Source of the DNA: Octopus sinensis
Taxonomy: Eukaryota
Length of the DNA: 64,000 bases
Reading direction: 5' to 3'
Assembly: GCF_006345805.1 (NCBI RefSeq)
Contig: NC_042998.1
Span: 133,362,001-133,426,000, forward strand
The position numbers and the translations under genes were made by a program. This document shows, one piece after another, positions 23,925 through 38,499 of this stretch; within the stretch, counting starts at the first letter, position 1, and every line of letters starts with the position of its first letter. Below the pieces are notes generated by a model. The model was not told the DNA's origin. It ran no database searches and saw nothing but the letters and a program-made list of their open reading frames with translations.

Positions 23925-24080
23925 TTATTCATGCTCTTTATGTTCTGAGTTCAAATTCCGGTGGAGTCAGTTTTCTCTTTTTTTTATTTTTAGGGGTTGA
24001 TAAAATAAAGTACGTATTAAGTACTGGATTTGATGGTATCGATTAACACATTTCCCTCATAAGTGCTGGCCTTAGAAACC
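23925..24080 (+). mobile_element. SINE family A, diverged and truncated
   Basis: TTCTGAGTTCAAATTCC B-box; GGGGTTGATAAAATAAAGTAC body. Confidence 0.7.
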
Positions 24081-25274
24081 ATTTTAGTTATTATTTCATG
24101 TCTATATCAAATATCTCCACATTTATTACTCAACCTTATGCTTTTTATTTTTCTTATTTATTTATTGTTTTCATTTATTGTTTTTTATTTCACAAATCAG
24201 CGATGTAGTGGGACTGTTCCTCGTTTACATAAAAAGTAACCATAGTGTCCCTATTTCACGTTTATGTCTAGCAATGGTGGAATATTTACCAACCTTTCTA
24301 TTACTATATACGGTTAGATCCTTTAGAAACATATACAGGAAGGCTTTGTGTTATGAAAAAAAATTCTCGATTTCACTCTTTGTGTTTGGTCTCCATTTAA
24401 TGTCTGCCTCTTATAAAACATATACTATTCTTCTTCTGTCCAAGCAACAGTTGATTCTATTCCAACTGATATGTAAATTTTTTAATACTAATGGGCGAGT
24501 GACAATCAGTTGTATACCAACATATACATGTGAGACTGATTACATTTGTAGGTGCGTTTGTGAGTTTGAATGGGCATATATGAATAAAATTATTCTTAGA
24601 CTTTATATTCGGCAAAATCTATTGTGTTCATAGAGGAAGATATAATACTGATACCTGTTTTATCGAAAGACAGATATGTTAAAGTTTCAGTCGACTTGAA
24701 CTCATAATGTAGATGGACGAAATTAAATAGCATAATATATTTAAATACCGATCTTGTTTCCACTTGCCTAATAATAAAAATATATATTAAATATGAACAC
24801 ATCAGCGAAACGAAAAGAGAAAAAGTGACTAATTAAATCACTATTATGACATAAGCTAATCGTGTAATGTGCGCCCTTAATAGGCATATCTACTTGACTG
24901 GTCGTTTCAGTAATTACTCTATGCGTGTTATGTCAGCTGTCCAAAGATTCCACAAGCACTTCATGTACATCTGCTCTACAGAGATAGACCCATCTGATCT
25001 GTAGCCAGACTTTGGCGGCATTTATATGTTTATCTTGTAAATTTTTTATTTCACGAAATTATTCATTTATTAGCGTCTTTTCTTTTTATCCCTCATTAAA
25101 AGCTGCTCCAATTTAAACAGATTACCTTCCAGAGTTGTGAAACTCCCAGGTGTTAAGTAAGGTGGGGTTGGTGCATAGACTGGCTGAGTCAGGTGTTAAG
25201 AGGGCATGTATTCTGTAAATAATAATATATTATTATAGACTTTTAGGCTTTTTAACGAACTATATGAAAGAGAT

Positions 25275-25347
25275 CTGGCAAATATTATATATATATCTTT
25301 TATTCTTTTATTTGTTTCAGTCATTTGACTGCGACCATACTGGAGCA

Positions 25348-25350
<3 letters not shown>
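25275..25350 (-). mobile_element. SINE family B 3' tail
   Basis: TTGTTTCAGTCATTTGACTGCGACCATACTGGAGCACC. Confidence 0.75.
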
Positions 25351-25400
<50 letters not shown>

Positions 25401-25405
<5 letters not shown>

Positions 25406-27504
25406 GATACAACTTTTTGCAACTCCATAGTCCTGTATCATATTCTCATGAGTTTTTGCTAGAAAACAATGAAAATCAATGTTTTTCTTTGTATTTGATC
25501 AAAAAAGTTCAACCCTGACTCACTTTCAAATTTTTATACTCGACTGCATTTGGGTAGATTTCCAAAGCTAGAATCATGGTTGAATAATAAAAAAATGAGG
25601 GAAACGATCCAAAAGATTCATAATTGTTAAAAAAAAACTGTATTCTGCATTCCAGAACAATAAAAAGAAGGTAAGTCATATAAAGTCAAATGAGTCAATA
25701 CTCAAGTTGCAGCAAGTCAGTAGAGAGAATGAAACGCAACGGCAAGAAGAGCTAAAATTGCTCGCGAATTCCATCTGGCATTACTGATGTTCGCAATCTT
25801 CTGAAACATGATGAAAGGTAGGTCTCCGTTTTCATGGAAGAACCTAAAGGTACGGGTTAAGCGGAACAGAAACTTCATATCATCTCTCAAGCCAGTTTGA
25901 TCTTCAATGATATGCGTTCTATTCTGGAAGGAACCTTGGAGTTCTTCATAACTTGTCATGAATTCTTTGACAAAAAAAAAAATTCGATGTCGGGTGAATT
26001 GTTTGCACATGCTAGCTCCTCATCCATAACAACGCGCAAGATTCTGTCGGCTTATCATAGCAAGAATTATAGCTTATCATAGCCTTTGCTCAAGAATATT
26101 CTTTTCAGTCTAACCACTACCCCACTCTTTCGTCTTGTATCCACACTCGTCGTATAAGCAATAATCATTGAAATTGCGGTTCACAAGTGAAATTCATCCA
26201 AGATGCTTTTCAATCCTTCTGCAATGGTCTCAGCCTTGCCACCACAGAGCTTCAAAACAGCCAGCTTGATTTCATCTCTTTCATTCTTGACGAAAACCGC
26301 AAAATATTCATTTCCTTCAATATGTTTACCACCGAAATGCAGGCTCTATATCTGATTGCGTAGTGTATCGATCAAGTGTTTCTTCATTTCACCTGATTTT
26401 TTGAAGAGTGCCTTGTAAATGCCGTGCTGACTAGAATCTGGGATATCAATGCCCATCTCTGACCACTGATTGCAGATTTTTGCAGCTTTGATGGTAGATA
26501 TGTTTGATTCTTTTACAAGTCGCGTACCAGTTGCAGATTTGTTGTGCCTTCTTGTGGAGAAATAAGTGTCATCACACTTCTTCTTCAGAGTTACTCTCAG
26601 TATCCAGGGCGGTTGGGTTTGATAAAGAATGGGAGGCTTCGGCATCTGAGCATCTTCTTCTTACGATGGAGAGTGTGCTTGCTTGCAGTTTTGCTTGTCG
26701 AATAACCCACTTTGTCTCTGCTTTGGAGTTGGATGGAGTACAGTTTTTATTCATCAGCATTGAGCCATTCATTACGGACTTTGGTGATATCGAACAGTTC
26801 TTCTAAGGGCTCGAATCTTCCCTTCTTGGCGCATTTTTCATACAAATGAAGCATATTTGCGAGCTTGGATCGTATTGCTCGATCGGAAATGATTGGAAAA
26901 TTCAGTTTCTCTCTTCACAGTAGTGTCACGTCTCTTGATAATTCCGCCACTCTCTCCTTTCTGCCTTCAATGGATTTCCCAAGAAACTGGAACCGATCAA
27001 CAATCGGCTACTTGAGTGGCTTTCGGTTTCTACTGACTGGTGAGGCTTCTTCTAGAGGGACATGCCCTCTAGATGAATGGGACTGGAACTGCACCAATTT
27101 TCTCCTCCATTTTCCTTGTTCTTCTGAACAACTTCAAAGATTATCTTGAATGACATACCGCTAGCAGTCATGCAGAACTCATATTCAACCCGAAACAACA
27201 AGGATGAAAGTGAAAGAAGAACTTAAATAATTTGCTTCACGACTAAGAATGATGACTCAGCAATACAACCTAATCATCACTGTAGTTTTATAAATGCTAA
27301 GAAATTATTGAAAGTCAAGGGTGCTATATGACCATGCCCATATTCAAACAAGTTTTGCTTAAGACTACAAACATGGATTCATGGGTGAACTGTTTTAAAG
27401 ATAGCTCAAAAGTGAATTCACTTTAGTTAATTATGCATAATAGCTCATCTAAATCTGATACAGGAAATTATTTCTGAGGAAAAAATTGAAAAGCTGTATC
27501 CCTA

Positions 27505-27505
<1 letters not shown>
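25401..27505 (-). mobile_element. Decayed ~2.1-kb cut-and-paste DNA transposon, hAT-like (possibly hATm type)
   Basis: Terminal IRs TAAGGGATACAACTTTT and TTAGGGATACAGCTTTT (15/17) plus subterminal CCTGTATCA..ATGAG; frameshifted transposase LHFGGKHIE..EIKLAVLKL..GKAETIAEGLKSILDEF..AYTTSVDT..GVV..DRIL; TA-rich flanks. Confidence 0.75.
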
Positions 27506-27509
<4 letters not shown>

Positions 27510-27539
<30 letters not shown>

Positions 27540-27675
27540 TGTATGTATGTATGTATGTATGTATGTATGTATGTATGTATGTTTGTATGTATGTATGCAT
27601 GCATGTATGTATGTATGTATGTATGTATGTATGTATGTATGTATGTATGTATGTATGTATGTATGTATGTATGAA
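27510..27675. repeat. (ATGT)n microsatellite
   Basis: Read directly. Confidence 0.97.
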
Positions 27676-29117
27676 TGCGAGTGTGCGTGTGTATGTGTGT
27701 TTCTATGTATACGTGTGCGTGTGTGTGTGTATGTATGTATGTTTATATATGCAATCTTTAATTCTTTTGCCTTCTTCAGTCATTGGACTGCAGCCTTGCT
27801 GAGACACCATATTTAAAGAGCTTATTTCATAGTGTATATATATACATAGAATATGATGAAACCACAATACAAAGAAAGTGTAAATATAGCAATTCAAAAC
27901 AATGTACAATTTGGAAAATAACAAAAAACAGTATTATACTCTAAATTATTAATAGATTATATAGAAATACATTTCTTCTGTAAAATATCATTACATAATT
28001 ATACATCCGTGATATTTTAGCAACAATCACAATGTAATACAACAGATATCTGAATTAGAGAATGACAAAAGACATCCAATGTAAAATATAAAATGAATAA
28101 CAAAGACAAACACCGAACTTGCGACGTCAATAAAAATCAAGTAAACAACAGCGTGGTTAGAAGACTAACAGGCATATCTGTCTTTATATAAATATTAACA
28201 CAAGTTACCGATAGTTAGTGATTGTTGCTACGGAAGATATATGATGACGGACATTGATTTCTAAGATAGAATATTTATCTGCTTCTATATGCAAATTATT
28301 TCCACAATTCTAAAACAATCTGTTAAGATCTAAAATATTTTTTTGAAATTTTACTAATCTATTCATATTATATTATATTATATTATAGTTATTTTTTCTT
28401 TCTAACATTTAACAATTATACCATATTAGGAAATTAATAGAAAGTTTTGATCATCTTTAGTCTGATAACCTACCTACTGTCAATGTTAAGTTATTTTCCT
28501 CGCACATAAAAACACATACACATACAACCAATTATGCATTGTTTATTTATGCATTTTTTCCAGGAAGTATCTACATTTTAGTGTAAGACAAAGTGTAATT
28601 TCAATTCCAGATAAAGGTCAATGTTAGGTTTTATTTTTATAAAAAGGAATTTTCCCACCATCTGTATAGATAGAAAGTTCATATCTTGTTGAAGTTAAAT
28701 GTTCTACAGTGTATTTTTATCTATCATCTGAATGCACAAATATCGATATCTTTATAGTTCATCAGAACAAGTCAGAGATATGTAGAGAGCTTAACTCTAT
28801 GTTTAAATTGCTAACGATACATATAGGCGTAGGTGTACAGGGAAAGTAAATGAAACAGAGTAGAAATTATGAAGGGTTTTCGTCCCAAATTTTAACTGCA
28901 AACTGCTTTTAATGGTTTGTAGATGAAGAGTTTGGGCTAGGAAGGAGAATTGCATTAATGTTCTGCAGACATCACTTTGATCATTACAAAGTAATGAGTA
29001 AATTTCGCCATGAAAATCATATTCATATGTGCATGCACACACACATATCACAAACACACACACACCACACACACACACACATATATATATATATTATATA
29101 TATATATTATATATATT

Positions 29118-29192
<75 letters not shown>

Positions 29193-29278
29193 GTATATAT
29201 GTATATATAAGCATTGGAAATACGCGCATATGGGAACAGACGCACAATGTATAGAAACATGTATATGTGTGTGTTAGC

Positions 29279-29333
<55 letters not shown>

Positions 29334-29912
29334 CGTGTGTGTGTGTTCGCGCGTGCGTGCGTGTGTAAGAACAGAAAAAATACTGAGGTTAAATACTTCG
29401 CTTAGTTGCATTGTTTGCATCTATTTCTATTTTACAACGCAGCAATTTTGAGAGTAACGATGGCATATATCTCAGAGAATGTTGGGCTTCAAGTTTTAGC
29501 CTTTAATCCAGCACAATTGTAAATTTTTTCAGTTATTTATTTCTCTAAATAAAACGATTCTATATCTTGAAAACAAAAATAATAGCATTTGTTTTTGAAA
29601 GCATGATTGTATTATAAGGCTGAAATTATCTCAAGCGTTTCCGAAGCCCTGAATATGATATACATATATTTTAAACAGTAAATTGTGATGATTGAAAACA
29701 TGAAGTTAAATTTACAGAATAAATATAAAACAGAGCATTAAAATAGATATAAATAGGAATACTTATGAAAAACAACGCTATAGGAAAAAGAAGCAGTTTC
29801 ATTTCTTTTGCTTGAAATGACTTATGTCCGGTAGGTATGTTGCAATAATTCTATTAGAATTTTTACAATTTCACGCTTACTAATCCTGGACGTAGGGGGT
29901 AGGTCGCAGAGT

Positions 29913-29953
<41 letters not shown>

Positions 29954-29955
29954 CA

Positions 29956-29986
<31 letters not shown>

Positions 29987-30365
29987 CATAACACACATTC
30001 AAGCTGACACTTGAGCATATATGTGTTTGCGTAGATGTGTGCGTGTATATGCTCGTGAAAGTGTGTTTATCGGTTTATGTGTGGAGATGTATGTATGTGA
30101 GTGTATGTCCGTGTGTTTGCAAATAGATAAGTTTCGATAAACAAACGAAGGAAGTAGACTTTATATGTAGTAAAGCCTTTTATTTATTCGGAGTTGATGA
30201 TTCACTCCAACTTAACGCGATTATTGCAAGGCCGCTATAAGCATAAATTTCTGCATGCCATCGTAAAGTGTCATGAACGTATACATACATGCATACATTA
30301 CATACACATGCACACACACATGTGCACTCATAAGAGTGTGTACACACACACACACACACACACAC

Positions 30366-30458
<93 letters not shown>

Positions 30459-30775
30459 GAGAGAGAGATATATATGGGAGAAGAAGTCAAGATAGAAAAT
30501 GCTAAAATAATTTTATAAAATAACATTTCAGTACCGGTTTCATTCGTGGAGACTTTTTCAAATGTAAGTATGGAAAACAATTAAATTTTGGAAAACTTAA
30601 AAGAAAAGTCTTTTTAAAGAATATTTGCATAGTGTTCAAATGCAAATGGCATTTTCCTTGTTTCTGCCTGTCTCTGTCTCTCTCCTTTACTCATGTGGAT
30701 TCGAGGTCGTTGTGTTTTAATGTTTTCGTTTCTCATTGTGTTCAGCGTTTTCTAATGTCCTGTACCCATATATGC

Positions 30776-30807
<32 letters not shown>

Positions 30808-30810
30808 TAT

Positions 30811-30844
<34 letters not shown>

Positions 30845-31454
30845 ATTATAGGCATGTACATATATGTATGTATATATATGCATATATCTATATATATATT
30901 GTATATATATATATATATATTATATATATATATTTTATATATATATATATATAGGCATGTACATATATGTATGTATATATATGCATATATCTATATATAT
31001 ATTGTATATATATATATTATATATATATATATATATTTGTGTGTGTGTGTGTGTGTGTGTATACATCCATGCATACATGCATGTATGCAGGCAGACAAGC
31101 AGGCACAGAAAGAGAGAGAAAAATTACGTTAAGTAAAGCTATATCACTTATTCCTACGTATCTTTCGACGTTGTGGTTGTAAGAAACCCTGAATTTTCCC
31201 CTATAACATGGCTCTTCTATAATGAACTATGTACATTTTAATCCCAGGAAAACGTCTTTTCCAGCTTTAACGACACTCAACCTGTGTCCGGTATATTGTG
31301 AGTAAGGGAGAGCGGATCACTCACCCTCCAACTTGACAAGACCAGCAGAAAAGCCATGATTTAGTGGCAAAAAAACGTTACCGTCTAGTATTGTTACTAC
31401 TTAAATCTCTTTTAGAGATTTTAAAACTCACTACTTTGCCCGTCATATATATTC

Positions 31455-31685
31455 TATTATTTTTATTCTTTTACTTGTTTCAGTCATTTGACTGCGGCCA
31501 TGCTGGAGGACCACCTTAATCGAAGAAATCAACTCCAGGACTTATTCTTTGTAAACCTAGTATTTAATCTATCGGACACTTTTGCCGGACCGTTAAGTCA
31601 CGGGGACATAAACTCGCCAAAATCGGTTGTCAAGCGATGGCGCGGGGAGGGGGACAAACACAGACACAAACATAAACACACACAC
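31455..31685 (-). mobile_element. SINE family B 3' half
   Basis: TTGTTTCAGTCATTTGACTGCGGCCATGCTGGAG...CGGTTGTCAAGCGATG. Confidence 0.8.
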
Positions 31686-31986
31686 ATATAAATTCAGTAA
31701 GGTAATTTGCATTTATCCCTTAGGTATCTTATTCATCTTGACCAATGTCTCTCACTATAGTGTTAAATTATCTGGGAAATCACTGAAGGATTTATGATAG
31801 AAACGCTTACAGCGTATTGCTAATTCCTGTCTACAGTTACTCTCTGACGTAAGTATTCCAAAGATAAGGAGCGATTATTAAAAAAGTTTGGGAGGCACTG
31901 CTCTAAATGAATCATTAGATTTGCGCAGCAGGACATGGACGATGTAATTTCCCAACACTTATGCCATTCAAAGTCATGACCTTTAC

Positions 31987-32023
<37 letters not shown>

Positions 32024-32065
32024 TATTATTATATTATTATTATATTATTATTATTATTATTATTT

Positions 32066-32154
<89 letters not shown>

Positions 32155-32249
32155 GTATGTATATATATCGCTGATCTAACAGATGCACATACTTTTGCAT
32201 GGAAATAACCACCGTATTTGAGACGGAAAAGCGGAAAATATATTACTAT

Positions 32250-32560
32250 TGTCCGGTAATTGGTATCTAAGTTTGACTTTTTAAAATTTAGTGCCGTCTA
32301 TAATATGGATAGTTGTTGTCATTCTGGACTGTTATTTCCAAAAAGACTATATTTTTCTGATATTTACCATTAACCAAGCATGGTGCATTGAAGGTATCTC
32401 TGTCATTTGGTTGCATACTTTTTTTATAAGCTTGAATTAATCTCGGCTGTGATTCTGGATTCGGTAGTTACCCATAATATTCTTAGCGAGTGGATTATAT
32501 TTTTTAATATGTTTTAAAAATGGGGTTAAACACTAGAGGGAACAAACATCTTAAACACCT
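32250..32560 (-). pseudogene. Possible highly decayed Penelope-clade GIY-YIG region
   Basis: Fragments HIKNIIHS and APCLVNGKYQKNIVFLEITVQND resemble the PLE pattern NIK.II..HN...C.L.G.C....VY.A.V; weak. Confidence 0.3.
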
Positions 32561-33816
32561 TTAAACTCATGTAGAAGAATATATTCATTGAATATCATCT
32601 GGTCTATCAATCACTATTAAATCTGGATACAAGACAGTCCATCTGTAATTTAATCCAATCTTGACTTCAAGAGAAAAACTGTCAACTTTTTCTTAAGCTT
32701 CCACACAGTTGTCATGAAGTCTTTATACTAAATCTAATCAATCAAAAACATCCTATAAAGGTGGGATATGACTAGTCTTTTACAATACTTACCTTTTTGT
32801 AGACCCTGTAATTATAAATGGTTTGAATCATTTCAGTTCAAAATTGTTCTTATTGAATAATTTAGTTTCTTCTAATTAGAATACAGATTGCAACAGCATT
32901 CTTAGGCTAAATAACCAATGTAATGGAGAAAACAATAAAATTTATCTTGTACTGTACGTCTATATTCGTAGCATTCCGTTTGTAGACTTTTCTTATGTTT
33001 CTTTTTTCCTGCCACATCTCATACAAAACTGATTCTCTATCATACATCTTCAAATGAAAAATATCAGCGAAACCTACAATCTTGATAAATAGATTGGATT
33101 GCCGGAAGTGAAACCGCTCCTACAAAATCCCACTTATGCAGCCTTATATGTCTTCTCGATTTAAGGTTCTCCAAGTTATTATCTGGTTTCTCAAGTTATT
33201 ATGTGGTATAAATTCCGAAAATTCTTCTACTGGAGACCAATGTAATCCTAGGCTTCAAATATAGAAATGTATTGATTTTCAGGAATCGCCACTGACAATT
33301 CTTGTTTATTAATAGTATCCAAGTATACTTTCTTATTTTCCCTTCTTTGAAGTATGCCCATTATTTGCTGAGTAGCTTGCAGTTCCCTTGCAATAGGTTT
33401 TTTTTTTGTCTTCTGTCTGTTTCTTGCCTTTCTTTGCTTGAATGGAATTTCACGAACCTTTCCTACATCGACTATTGTTATTTCCTCGGTCTTGTAATCT
33501 TACTCTTTGATATGGAGATAATAAGTTACAACATTTGACATCAACACTTTTCCTCACTATTATTATGACAATAAATATTTTGTAAACACCAATACACACA
33601 CACACACACATATGTACATATGTATGTATGTACGTATGTACATATATATGTATGTATAGATGCATATACATATGATGTATATGTATAAACATATTTGTAT
33701 CTATGTGTTTATGTGTGCATGTATGGTTTTACCTTTTCTTCTATCGGTTGTGAAGCAGTGGTAGGACACAAACACGAACACGGACGTGCGCGCATGTATA
33801 TATGTATAAATGTGTA

Positions 33817-33865
<49 letters not shown>

Positions 33866-33879
33866 GTGTGTGTGTGTGT

Positions 33880-33917
<38 letters not shown>

Positions 33918-34535
33918 TGTGTATACATACGTACGTGTCTGTTTGTGCGTATGTATGTATTATGGAGAATACATTGCGAATCAAAAGGGTTTGAATGATT
34001 TTAAATATTACAAACTTTTTTCATATTAGAAATATGAGTATGTAAACACATTCCTTCCGTGAATTGCATACGTAGAAAAATACGAAAATATCTTCTAACG
34101 GACGGTTTCCTGGTCTGCTGAGCACTCCTTGATATAGATCTGTCCATGAACAGCATGGATTATTCAGCTGCTCTATAAAACAGTCAGATCAATTTATACA
34201 CGTAGTAGTGAATTCAATTTGCGTATTTCTTGTTTTGACGGTTCTTCATTCATTAAACGTATATTTTATGCACAGAGCGACTGAAAGTAATTTGAATAGT
34301 AGAAATCCAAATACGTGTATGTACCTGCGCATGCGTGCGTGCGTGCGTGCGTGTGTGTGTGAGTGTGTGTGCGGCTGCTTATCTGTTTTCGAGTAAATCT
34401 CTGTACGTTATTTGAAAGGGTATCTGGTTTAGCAGAGATAAATTATATTCCCTATTACTTTTGTCTTGCTTTTTGCATAAATTGACCTGAAATGAGTTAG
34501 AGTCAATCTTTGTTTTTATTATTATTAATTTAATT

Positions 34536-34896
34536 CCTAGGACAGCGAGCTGGCAGAATCGTTAGCAGGCTGGACGAATTGCTTAGCGCTATTTCGTCTG
34601 CCGTTACGTTCTGAGTTCAAATTCCACCGAGGTCGACTTTGCCTTTCATCTTTTCGGGGTTGATTAGATAAGTACCAGTTACGCAGTGGGGTCGATATAA
34701 TCTACTTAATCCGTTTGTCTGTCCTTGTTTGTTCCTTCTGTGTTTAGCCCCTTGTGGGTAGTAAAGAAATAGGTATTTCGCCTGCCGCTACGTTCTGAGT
34801 TCAAATTCCGCCGAGGTCGACTTTGCCTTTCATCCTTTCGGGGTCGATAAATTAAGTGCCAGTTGAATAAAAGCTGCCCCTATGGCAAAATTCAAA
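34536..34896 (+). mobile_element. Head-to-tail SINE family A dimer
   Basis: Full unit followed by a 5'-truncated unit starting GGTATTTCG; ATTATTATTAATTTAATT at 34518-34535 and 34897-34914 as a probable TSD. Confidence 0.88.
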
Positions 34897-37269
34897 ATTA
34901 TTATTAATTTAATTGCTTCAATTCTTTTTGAGACTACTTAAAGCTTTTTGGTTCATATTTTGAACTATATTGAAAAATAGTCTTTAAAAAAAAATTCTGC
35001 TATACTCTACGTTTCTTAATGAAGGCAATATATAGGAGAGGGTGCTGAAACATTTTTGGTTTGGAGTAAAAGAAAATACAGGAGAATCAGTTAATTAAAA
35101 TACTATTCAACATATTCCCCTCTCAGAATTACATGCTTATTTCAGCAGTCCTTCGGTTTTTCTAGGCCCTGTAAGAGAACTCGAAAGGTAAGGCCTTCAA
35201 CTAGGCCTTTCACTATACCCTTAAAGTCACCAACTTTTCAGTGCCCCCTCGTATGCTAGGCTTTACCATTATGTTTCTACCTGAAGCATTTGCATGTTGC
35301 ATCTGATATGTTGATGTCTGTCTATATTTATTTTTAAAAAGATGTGTTTCTTCACGACCTAATTAAAAAATACGTTCAGTTTTTTTTTTATATTATTTCA
35401 TTATTGCACTCACAGTTGAACAAAAATTATAAGCTAAACTTTCTATGATTCCTTACAAATTTTTGCAAATATAGATTTGTTGCATATATTTGATCTGGAA
35501 TTCAGTCTTGATTTAATGATCTGCCAGAAATTTCCAAATAAGATTTAGATTTGGATTCTATCCAGGCCAAAACAAAGTCTTAATTTTATGCTAATGGGCT
35601 ATTTTTTTCGACTAATTTGGCAGAATGAGCAAGATCATAATTATCTTGGTGTATTGCCAGTCTGGTTTGAATTAAGCTTTCCTATAATGGGGCAGAAGTT
35701 GCTTTTGAAAATGTCTTAAATAACATGAGTAACACTTCCATTGCAAAAGTATGTATCATCCAACACCTTAACTTCTAGAACATACGTCATTTCAAATTGT
35801 CACGAGCTAAAAAATTTGCTTGTCTGTTGTATGCAATCTTTCTTGAAATTTTTTAATTAATCTTCTTAAAGATTCAACGGAGGCAATATATGGTAAGAAA
35901 TCGAAAGTAGTGTCTTTACAAAGTTAAAAATAACATACTGCCATCAATGTTTCTTCCGCATTTTCTCTTCGTTTTTGATATTTATAACTTGAGTTAAACT
36001 GTAAGTTGCAAATTCGTTTTGGCATTTTTAATGATGCGACAGGATATATTGATTTCGTCCCTTGTGAGAAAGTCTTTGAAAATAAAATATTTATCTGTTT
36101 TTGTCACGAAAGGCTAGTTGTTTTTGTTTTTGTGGGATGATATATTTTCTGGATATTAACTCTTCTTTCTTAGTTTTCATATGTAAGCTGGTTCATGGAA
36201 ATCTAATTTTATTTCATTTGCCTCGTTTTTGACGGCCCTGCAGCTACCGACATCATTATAAAATGATAGAATCATTCTTTTATTGGTATTACACAAATGT
36301 CTAATTCTTTTAGAAGGAGCCATCATGCATGAAATAAACAGAAATCTTGCACTGTGAAATTACCTAAAACTATTAAAGATATATACCAAACGTTAATGAA
36401 AAAGTAGTTTGCACTCAAATTTTAATTAAATCTAAAATAAAATAAAGAAACAAAATTGAAGCGAGCGAAGAAAAACTGAAATGATGGATTAAAAATAAGA
36501 AAATTCAAATTTAAAAGAAGTATCACATGACCAAAGTAATTAAATTATGACAAGAAAGCCAGATCCCTACTGTGAATTTTTGGTTTCTGCTAAAAGTAAT
36601 CAAGAAATATTTTATGCCACGCTGTGCACTCACACACACACATACACACACACAAACACACACGCATATATATGTATATATATATTTCTTTGTGCGGATA
36701 TATGTATGCACATGTACATATGTATGTATGTGTGTGTTTCTGATATGTACTTATATACATAAAATAATGTGTGTGTGTTTGCGTGTATGAGCGTAATATG
36801 TATATGTGTAAGCATTGGTTGTTGCTTGTAAACGTCAGCAATTATGGAAAAATGGCTTGAAGGAAAAATGGGACTGATCGCCCGAAGGAGTGAAGCAGAG
36901 AGAATTGAGGAAAAGCAATACTGAAAAAACTGAGTGTTGTAAAGGAGATTAACTAGAATAGGATTGTTAGTGTGAGGTACGGAAGTGCTATTAATGAGAG
37001 CGAACACACGCACCTCTCATACAAATTTCTACTCATCTGTCTTAAACCATTTCTCTTAGATGTACAGATAGCGTATTGGAACACAAGTCATTAGATATAT
37101 CATTTAGAAGTCAATATTTTCAAAATGCTATTTTGCAGTTTAAAATATTGCACAAAATTGATTATAATTAATTATTCCATTTTTTACGTGTCAGTTCGTT
37201 TCTATTTTAGTATTTGATTCGGACATACAGACATATAGAACCCATATTTACACACACATTTATGAATTT

Positions 37270-37329
<60 letters not shown>

Positions 37330-37333
<4 letters not shown>

Positions 37334-37795
37334 GTTCGCGGGAGAGTGAGGTCGCACGGACAGTCATCTCTATAACGGCCGTATAGTTCGAGAGTGGGAT
37401 CAGTGAATCGTGAGAAGATTTGGGCCTCAACATAGCCAACGAACAGGTTCGCATAGCTGAGGTCCATTCTCGTTCCCATGGCCACTCCCGAGAGTGTTGA
37501 TAAAAATCCCCCGCAAACAAGAAGTAGTTGAGAGAGAGAACACGTTCGGCAAGATGAAGAGGTGTGGAGGTGTTCGGTTGGGGAGTTGGTCGTAGGTCCA
37601 GAAAGTGTTAAAAAGTCGGAGAGCATGGTTAGTGTTGTGCTTGTGGGGGAAGCCATTAGGGGAGCAAAGGCGCGGTCAAGGTATTTAGAGATCAATTCCG
37701 TAGGGCAGTTATAGGCGGAGACGATGGGGCGGCCAGGATTGAGGGGCTGGTTGATTTAGGAAGGAAGTAAATGGGAAACGCGTGAAGTGCGATAC
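37330..37795 (-). pseudogene. Penelope-like reverse transcriptase fragment
   Basis: YFLPK...[26 protein letters not shown]...GVAMGTRMDLSYANLFVGYVEAQIF...YGRYRDDC; embedded between (TA)n arrays. Confidence 0.88.
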
Positions 37796-37830
37796 ATATA
37801 TTATATATATGAATATATATGTATATATAT

Positions 37831-37893
<63 letters not shown>

Positions 37894-37898
37894 TATAT

Positions 37899-37929
<31 letters not shown>

Positions 37930-37936
37930 ATATATA

Positions 37937-37975
<39 letters not shown>

Positions 37976-37988
37976 TATATAGGTATAT

Positions 37989-38037
<49 letters not shown>

Positions 38038-38499
38038 TATGTGTATATATATTATGTTTAGTATTTAAATAGATTATGTCAGCTGCTCATAGTCATAGAG
38101 GGTCTGCTGTGGCTACAGGGGCCCAAACGGGAGACAGATAGATAGATAGATAAATAGTAGAAATTATGATAAATGAAGTTCATGTATGAATTTCTAAATA
38201 CGTTTCAGCATTCCGGTTGCTTGGAATCCAGCATTGGGTCTCTCAATCATCCATAATTGTGAAACGTACGCATGAACTAAGAGTATTAACTTGTGTTTAT
38301 TAAAATTTCTCTTATATTTATTCTATATATATATATCGTATATATAGAGTAACATTAGTAAGTATAGTAGTTAATTAAGCACAATAGAAGAAGCAGACTG
38401 TGCTATGATAATGTACGAGTACCTCTAAGCATAGCAATAATTAAGTATATATTTTTTCATATACCATATTCTGATATATATGGCACACGATCAATTACA

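Noticed and set aside
24178-24633. 151-aa plus-strand ORF
   Set aside because: Non-ATG start, L/F/I/Y/S/C-rich composition typical of random AT-rich frames, and no motif; a possible 113-nt minus-strand exon at ~24655-24767 is also unsupported
35300-36300. Possible decayed transposase region
   Set aside because: No interpretable motif or terminal repeat found by eye
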